DNA from: Nitrospirales bacterium | GTDB lineage: Bacteria; Nitrospirota; Nitrospiria; Nitrospirales; UBA8639 | NCBI GenBank assembly: GCA_963422365.1 | Contig: OY729426.1 | Span: 1,216,001-1,280,000, forward strand | Reading direction: 5' to 3' | DNA: 64,000 nucleotides | Shown: positions 60,286-64,000 of the stretch, piece by piece | Layout of the letters: the number at the start of each line of letters is the position of its first letter | Numbering within the stretch: position 1 is the stretch's first letter | Program-made: the position numbers and the translations under genes | Notes under the pieces: generated by a model | Databases searched by the model: none | The model's input: only the letters and a program-made list of their open reading frames with translations | What the model was told of the DNA's origin: nothing

Positions 60286-61899
60286 ATGATGACGGATTTG
60301 ACCCATTTGGAAATCTACGATACCACGCTTCGAGATGGCGCTCAGGCCGAAGATGTGAGTTTTTCGGTTGAAGATAAAGTCCGCATTGCGCAGAAGCTTG
60401 ATGAGTTAGGCGTCCATTTCATCGAGGGAGGATGGCCCGGAGCGAATCCTCGAGATAGAGAGTTTTTTCAGGCCATCCGGTTGATTCCGCTTCAACACGC
60501 GAAAATTGTGGCCTTTGGCTCGACCCGAAAGGCCAAACAATCAGCCGACACCGATGCCAATCTGCAAGCGCTCTTGGCGGCGGACACCAAAATCATCACC
60601 GTTTTCGGGAAAAGCTGGACCTTGCATGTCACGGAGGCGTTAGGCACCTCGTTGGAAGCCAATCTCGAACTGATTCGGGATTCCATCGCGTACTTGTGTG
60701 CCCATGAGAAACAGGTGTTTTATGATGCGGAACACTTTTTTGATGGGTTGAAGGCCGATTCCGCCTATGCGATGCAGACGATACAAGCGGCAACCGATGG
60801 CGGCGCCGAACGGATTATTCTCTGCGACACCAACGGCGGTACCATGCCGTGGGAGATCCAATCCATGTGGGCGCAGGTGAAGCAGGTGTGTCGGGTCCCG
60901 TTGGGCATTCATGCGCATAATGACGCGGAAATGGCGGTGGCCAATACCTTGGTGGCTGTGCAGCAGGGAGCCCGACAAGTGCAAGGAACGATCAATGGGA
61001 TCGGAGAGCGATGCGGGAACGTCAATCTCTGTTCCGTCCTGGCCAATCTCGAGTTAAAGATGAAGACCGAAGTATTAGGAAGCGATCGGATCCGGCAACT
61101 CCGGAATGTCTCCAATTTTGTTTCGGAAACTGCGAACCTCCTGCCGAATAAGCGGCAACCCTATGTCGGGGATGCGGCGTTTGCCCATAAGGGGGGGGTG
61201 CACATCCATGCCGTTCAGAAAAATGCCCAAACGTATGAGCATGTTGCTCCGGAATTAGTGGGCAATCGGCAACGGGTCCTGATTTCGGATAATGCCGGGC
61301 GAAGTGGGGTGGTCCGGAAGGTAGAAAATTTAGGCTTCAGCCTCTCCAAAGAGCATCCGCATCTCCAAGAACTGTTGGCCCAACTCAAGGGCCTGGAACG
61401 AGATGGCTACCAGTACGAAGGGGCTGAAGGATCATTCGAGTTACTGGTCCGAGAAGCAATGGGAACGCATCGTCCCTTCTTTGAACTGTTAGGCTTGCGG
61501 GTCATCGTCGAGAAACGACATGCCGATAAGGGGCTGAGTACAGAAGCCACAGTCAAAGTGAAGGTCGATCATATCGTGGAACAAACAGCGGCAGAGGGTG
61601 ACGGACCTGTCAATGCGCTGGATAACGCCTTACGGAAAGCTCTCGAAAAATTCTACCCCGAACTTCGCGAAGTCCAGTTGTTGGACTACAAAGTGCGCGT
61701 GTTGGCGGGTCGTCACGGGACCGGATCAAAGGTCAGGGTATTGATTGAGTCCGGCGACCAGAAGAGTACCTGGGGCACGGTGGGCGTTTCAGAAAATATT
61801 ATCGAGGCCAGTTGGCAAGCCTTGGCCGATAGCATTGAGTATAAGCTGTTAAAGAGCAAGCCCGATGAGACGGTGGAATCGAGTAGGGGGTCATCCTGA
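60286..61899 (+). CDS. cimA: Citramalate synthase
   Basis: YDTTLRDGAQ, EGGWPGANP, YDAEHFFDG, HKGGVH, LLDYKVR. Confidence 0.92.
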   Translation: MMTDLTHLEIYDTTLRDGAQAEDVSFSVEDKVRIAQKLDELGVHFIEGGWPGANPRDREFFQAIRLIPLQHAKIVAFGSTRKAKQSADTDANLQALLAADTKIITVFGKSWTLHVTEALGTSLEANLELIRDSIAYLCAHEKQVFYDAEHFFDGLKADSAYAMQTIQAATDGGAERIILCDTNGGTMPWEIQSMWAQVKQVCRVPLGIHAHNDAEMAVANTLVAVQQGARQVQGTINGIGERCGNVNLCSVLANLELKMKTEVLGSDRIRQLRNVSNFVSETANLLPNKRQPYVGDAAFAHKGGVHIHAVQKNAQTYEHVAPELVGNRQRVLISDNAGRSGVVRKVENLGFSLSKEHPHLQELLAQLKGLERDGYQYEGAEGSFELLVREAMGTHRPFFELLGLRVIVEKRHADKGLSTEATVKVKVDHIVEQTAAEGDGPVNALDNALRKALEKFYPELREVQLLDYKVRVLAGRHGTGSKVRVLIESGDQKSTWGTVGVSENIIEASWQALADSIEYKLLKSKPDETVESSRGSS

Positions 61900-62019
61900 T
61901 GACTGTTCTTGACAAATCCAGTGCCCGTTCGAGAATTGGCAGGGGGGGCAATCCCGTGAATCCCTCGCGAACAAAAACGACCCAGATCGAAGGAAGTAAC
62001 CACAGGGTCCGCCGAGACG

Positions 62020-62295
62020 ATGCGTAAAGCTGATATTGCCAATCACATCTGTGAACAAGTAGGCGTTTCCAAAACCGAGGCCATGGATTTGGTGGAGTAT
62101 GTCTTGAATTGCATGAAAGGCGTGCTGCGCAAAGGCGAAGCGGTGAAAATTGCGGGATTCGGAAATTTTATGGTGCGAAGCAAGGGAGAGCGTAAGGGAC
62201 GGAATCCTCGAACCGGTGAAGAAATTGCCATCACCCCTCGACGGGTGGTCACCTTTCGAGCAAGTCAAATCTTCAAAAGAGAAATGAATTCGTAA
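62020..62295 (+). CDS. ihfA: Integration host factor alpha
   Basis: MRKADI, GFGNF, GRNPRTGEE, RRVVTFRAS. Confidence 0.88.
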   Translation: MRKADIANHICEQVGVSKTEAMDLVEYVLNCMKGVLRKGEAVKIAGFGNFMVRSKGERKGRNPRTGEEIAITPRRVVTFRASQIFKREMNS

Positions 62296-62352
62296 GGCCA
62301 TACGCCAACCTCATGCATCGGCAGGGAGGGAGGCCTTTGTTGGGAATACCCC

Positions 62353-62730
62353 ATGGCGAGTAAATTCCCGGACAAGGTGTTTTATAAGATTGGTGAAGTC
62401 AGTACGATTACGAAATTGCCGGCTTCCGTGCTTCGTTTTTGGGAATCCGAGTTCAGCTTCCTTCGTCCTAGAAAGAGTCAGGGGCGACACCGGGTATATG
62501 ATAAACAGACGATCGAAACCGTTCTGGAAATCAAACGGATGCTCTATGAGGAAGGCTATACCATTATGGGCCTCAAACGGTACTGGCGCCGTCGACGAGT
62601 GCGCAGCCAGGAGAGCACGTCGATTTCAGGTGGGCAGGTGCAGCGAATCAAAGAGGAGCTCCAAGATATCTTGGATATGTTAAATACCTCGAGTCATCAA
62701 AAGACCCAGCCAACGACTTATCCGCATTAA
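62353..62730 (+). CDS. MerR family regulator (ihfA-associated)
   Basis: PDKVFYKIGEV, VLRFWESEF, LYEEGYTI. Confidence 0.92.
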   Translation: MASKFPDKVFYKIGEVSTITKLPASVLRFWESEFSFLRPRKSQGRHRVYDKQTIETVLEIKRMLYEEGYTIMGLKRYWRRRRVRSQESTSISGGQVQRIKEELQDILDMLNTSSHQKTQPTTYPH

Positions 62731-62779
62731 ACCGAAGAGAGGTTGAGACCTACCCTTTTTCCAGTGGTTGAATCATTGT

Positions 62780-62856
62780 CGGGGCGTGGCGCAGCCCGGT
62801 AGCGCACTCGCTTGGGGTGCGAGAGGTCGGCCGTTCAAATCGGCTCGCCCCGACCA
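62780..62856 (+). tRNA. tRNA-Pro (GGG)
   Basis: Acceptor CGGGGCG/CGCCCCG, anticodon loop TTGGGGT, T-loop TTCAAAT, CCA end. Confidence 0.96.
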
Positions 62857-62910
62857 TGATTGCCGATCTTCCCGTTTTCATGATAAGTGCTGCTCAGCAT
62901 GACAGATGAA

Positions 62911-63070
62911 AATCTTGTAGGGCGCTATCCCTGTTCTGAGGCCCGCACAGGCCTCATGGCGATTGTAGCGGCGGGATCTCATCCCGCCTTCTTCCGGACG
63001 GCAGAAGCCTGCCCTTGGCCTGATCGGGGGATGCGGCCCTACGAGATTCTTTCGCTGCGCTCAGAATGCC
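62911..63070. repeat. Composite REP-like element with imperfect terminal inverted repeats
   Basis: aatcttgtagggcgctatccc / gggatgcggccctacgagatt; internal gtagcggcgggatctcatcccgcc; adjoining gagattctttcgctgcgctcagaat hairpin. Confidence 0.65.
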
Positions 63071-63134
63071 AATAGAGGGCTGATAATAATAACTAAGGGC
63101 ACAGACCTCTGGCAGTCACGATGCGCGCGCGGGG

Positions 63135-63389
63135 TCAGGCTTGAAGATCATCATCATCTTCGATGAGATCTTCGCTCTCCGGCATGCCATAAGCCACAAA
63201 TTTCGCATATGACAGATAAATGCTGCTACTGTCTCTCATGGCCTTTGTTCCGGCGGTCATGCGTTCGAGTTTGTTGGCATCCGCCCCTTCTGTGGATTGG
63301 AGAGAAATCAGATATTGATCAAGGACCTCATTGTAGCGTTGCATGGAACGTTCAACTTCTAAGTAAGCCGGCATTAACTGGTCGTGCAT
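63135..63389 (-). CDS. Hypothetical protein with acidic C-terminus
   Basis: SD GGGAGG, ATG at 63389; MHDQLMPAYLEVERS...YAKFVAYGMPESED. Confidence 0.8.
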   Translation of the reverse strand: MHDQLMPAYLEVERSMQRYNEVLDQYLISLQSTEGADANKLERMTAGTKAMRDSSSIYLSYAKFVAYGMPESEDLIEDDDDLQA

Positions 63390-63497
63390 GAGCGTACCTC
63401 CCAAATGTAGCGCACCACCATACACAAGGCGCCTCCCAGGGTCAATATCCATCAACTTGTATCATTGAGGATCCGGGGAGGAGACGACGCCAAGATC

Positions 63498-64000
63498 ATG
63501 AACTGGGAACTCCAGATATGGGCCTTGCTCCTTCCCACACCTATCATGATCGGGCTGTGGCTGGGATATCGATGGGTGCATCGGAATGCGGCGTTAGCGG
63601 ATATGGGTTTTTGTGTGGGGTTTGGCCTTGTGGCCATGAGCTTCGGTCTGATGACCACAGGTGACGTGAGTCATCGCCTGGTGGTGGTGACTATGGCAAC
63701 GGGGTATGCGGTTCGCCTCGCGGTATCTATTGGGGCCAATCGAATCCTTGGTGTTGCCGAGGATCAACGGTACCAGTCTCTTCGTAAAAAATGGGGCAGT
63801 CAGGCCGAACTCTATTTCTTCACGTACTTTGTAGGACAAGCCGTTGCCATCGCCGTCTTGTCGATTCCCTTGTTGGTCCTGATGTCGAATCCTGACCCCG
63901 CATGGACTGTGTGGGAAGTCTTGGGGGTCGTCATCTGGACTCTTGGGGTAGGAGGGGAAGCCGTAGCGGATTATCAATTAAACCGATTTCGGCAAGACCC
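63498..64000 (+). CDS. DUF1295 / steroid reductase-like membrane protein (3'-truncated by window)
   Basis: Manual translation: RNAALADMG, EDQRYQSLRKKWG, FFTYFVGQ, GEAVADYQLNRFR; absent from ORF track because it has no stop in the window. Confidence 0.88.
   Translation, partial: MNWELQIWALLLPTPIMIGLWLGYRWVHRNAALADMGFCVGFGLVAMSFGLMTTGDVSHRLVVVTMATGYAVRLAVSIGANRILGVAEDQRYQSLRKKWGSQAELYFFTYFVGQAVAIAVLSIPLLVLMSNPDPAWTVWEVLGVVIWTLGVGGEAVADYQLNRFRQD

Overview
Mostly core chromosome of a bacterium whose gene order and hypothetical proteins look Nitrospirales-like (inference, no database search run). Forward strand carries: end of the dcw cluster (ddl-ftsQAZ-pgeF-yggS-yggT), pilB/pilC, ispE-prs-rplY-pth, rpsF-ssb-rpsR, yceD-rpmF-plsX-fab cluster-rnc, folD-metF-panB-purA, tRNA-Lys, rimP-nusA-infB-rbfA-truB-rpsO-pnp, alaC-hom-thrC-lysC-cimA, ihfA-MerR and tRNA-Pro. 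Reverse strand carries pdxJ-nnr-tsaE-mutS. Non-routine content: (1) an AT-richer islet at 7.5-9.5 kb with a nonsense-interrupted membrane protein and a small P/Q-rich peptide between two degenerate attC-like sites, possibly an orphan integron cassette; (2) a TonB receptor plus PepSY iron-uptake pair with at least 5 inactivating lesions; (3) short remnants where conserved genes usually sit (pilT clearest; divIVA, etfB and acpS tentative), suggesting genome erosion; (4) a self-contained operon of two secreted proteins of unknown function at 47.7-49.3 kb; (5) an exact 33-bp duplication at the ftsZ start and two C-terminal core motifs in FtsZ; (6) dispersed GTAG-type REP elements. No CRISPR array, rRNA, transposase or integrase was seen.
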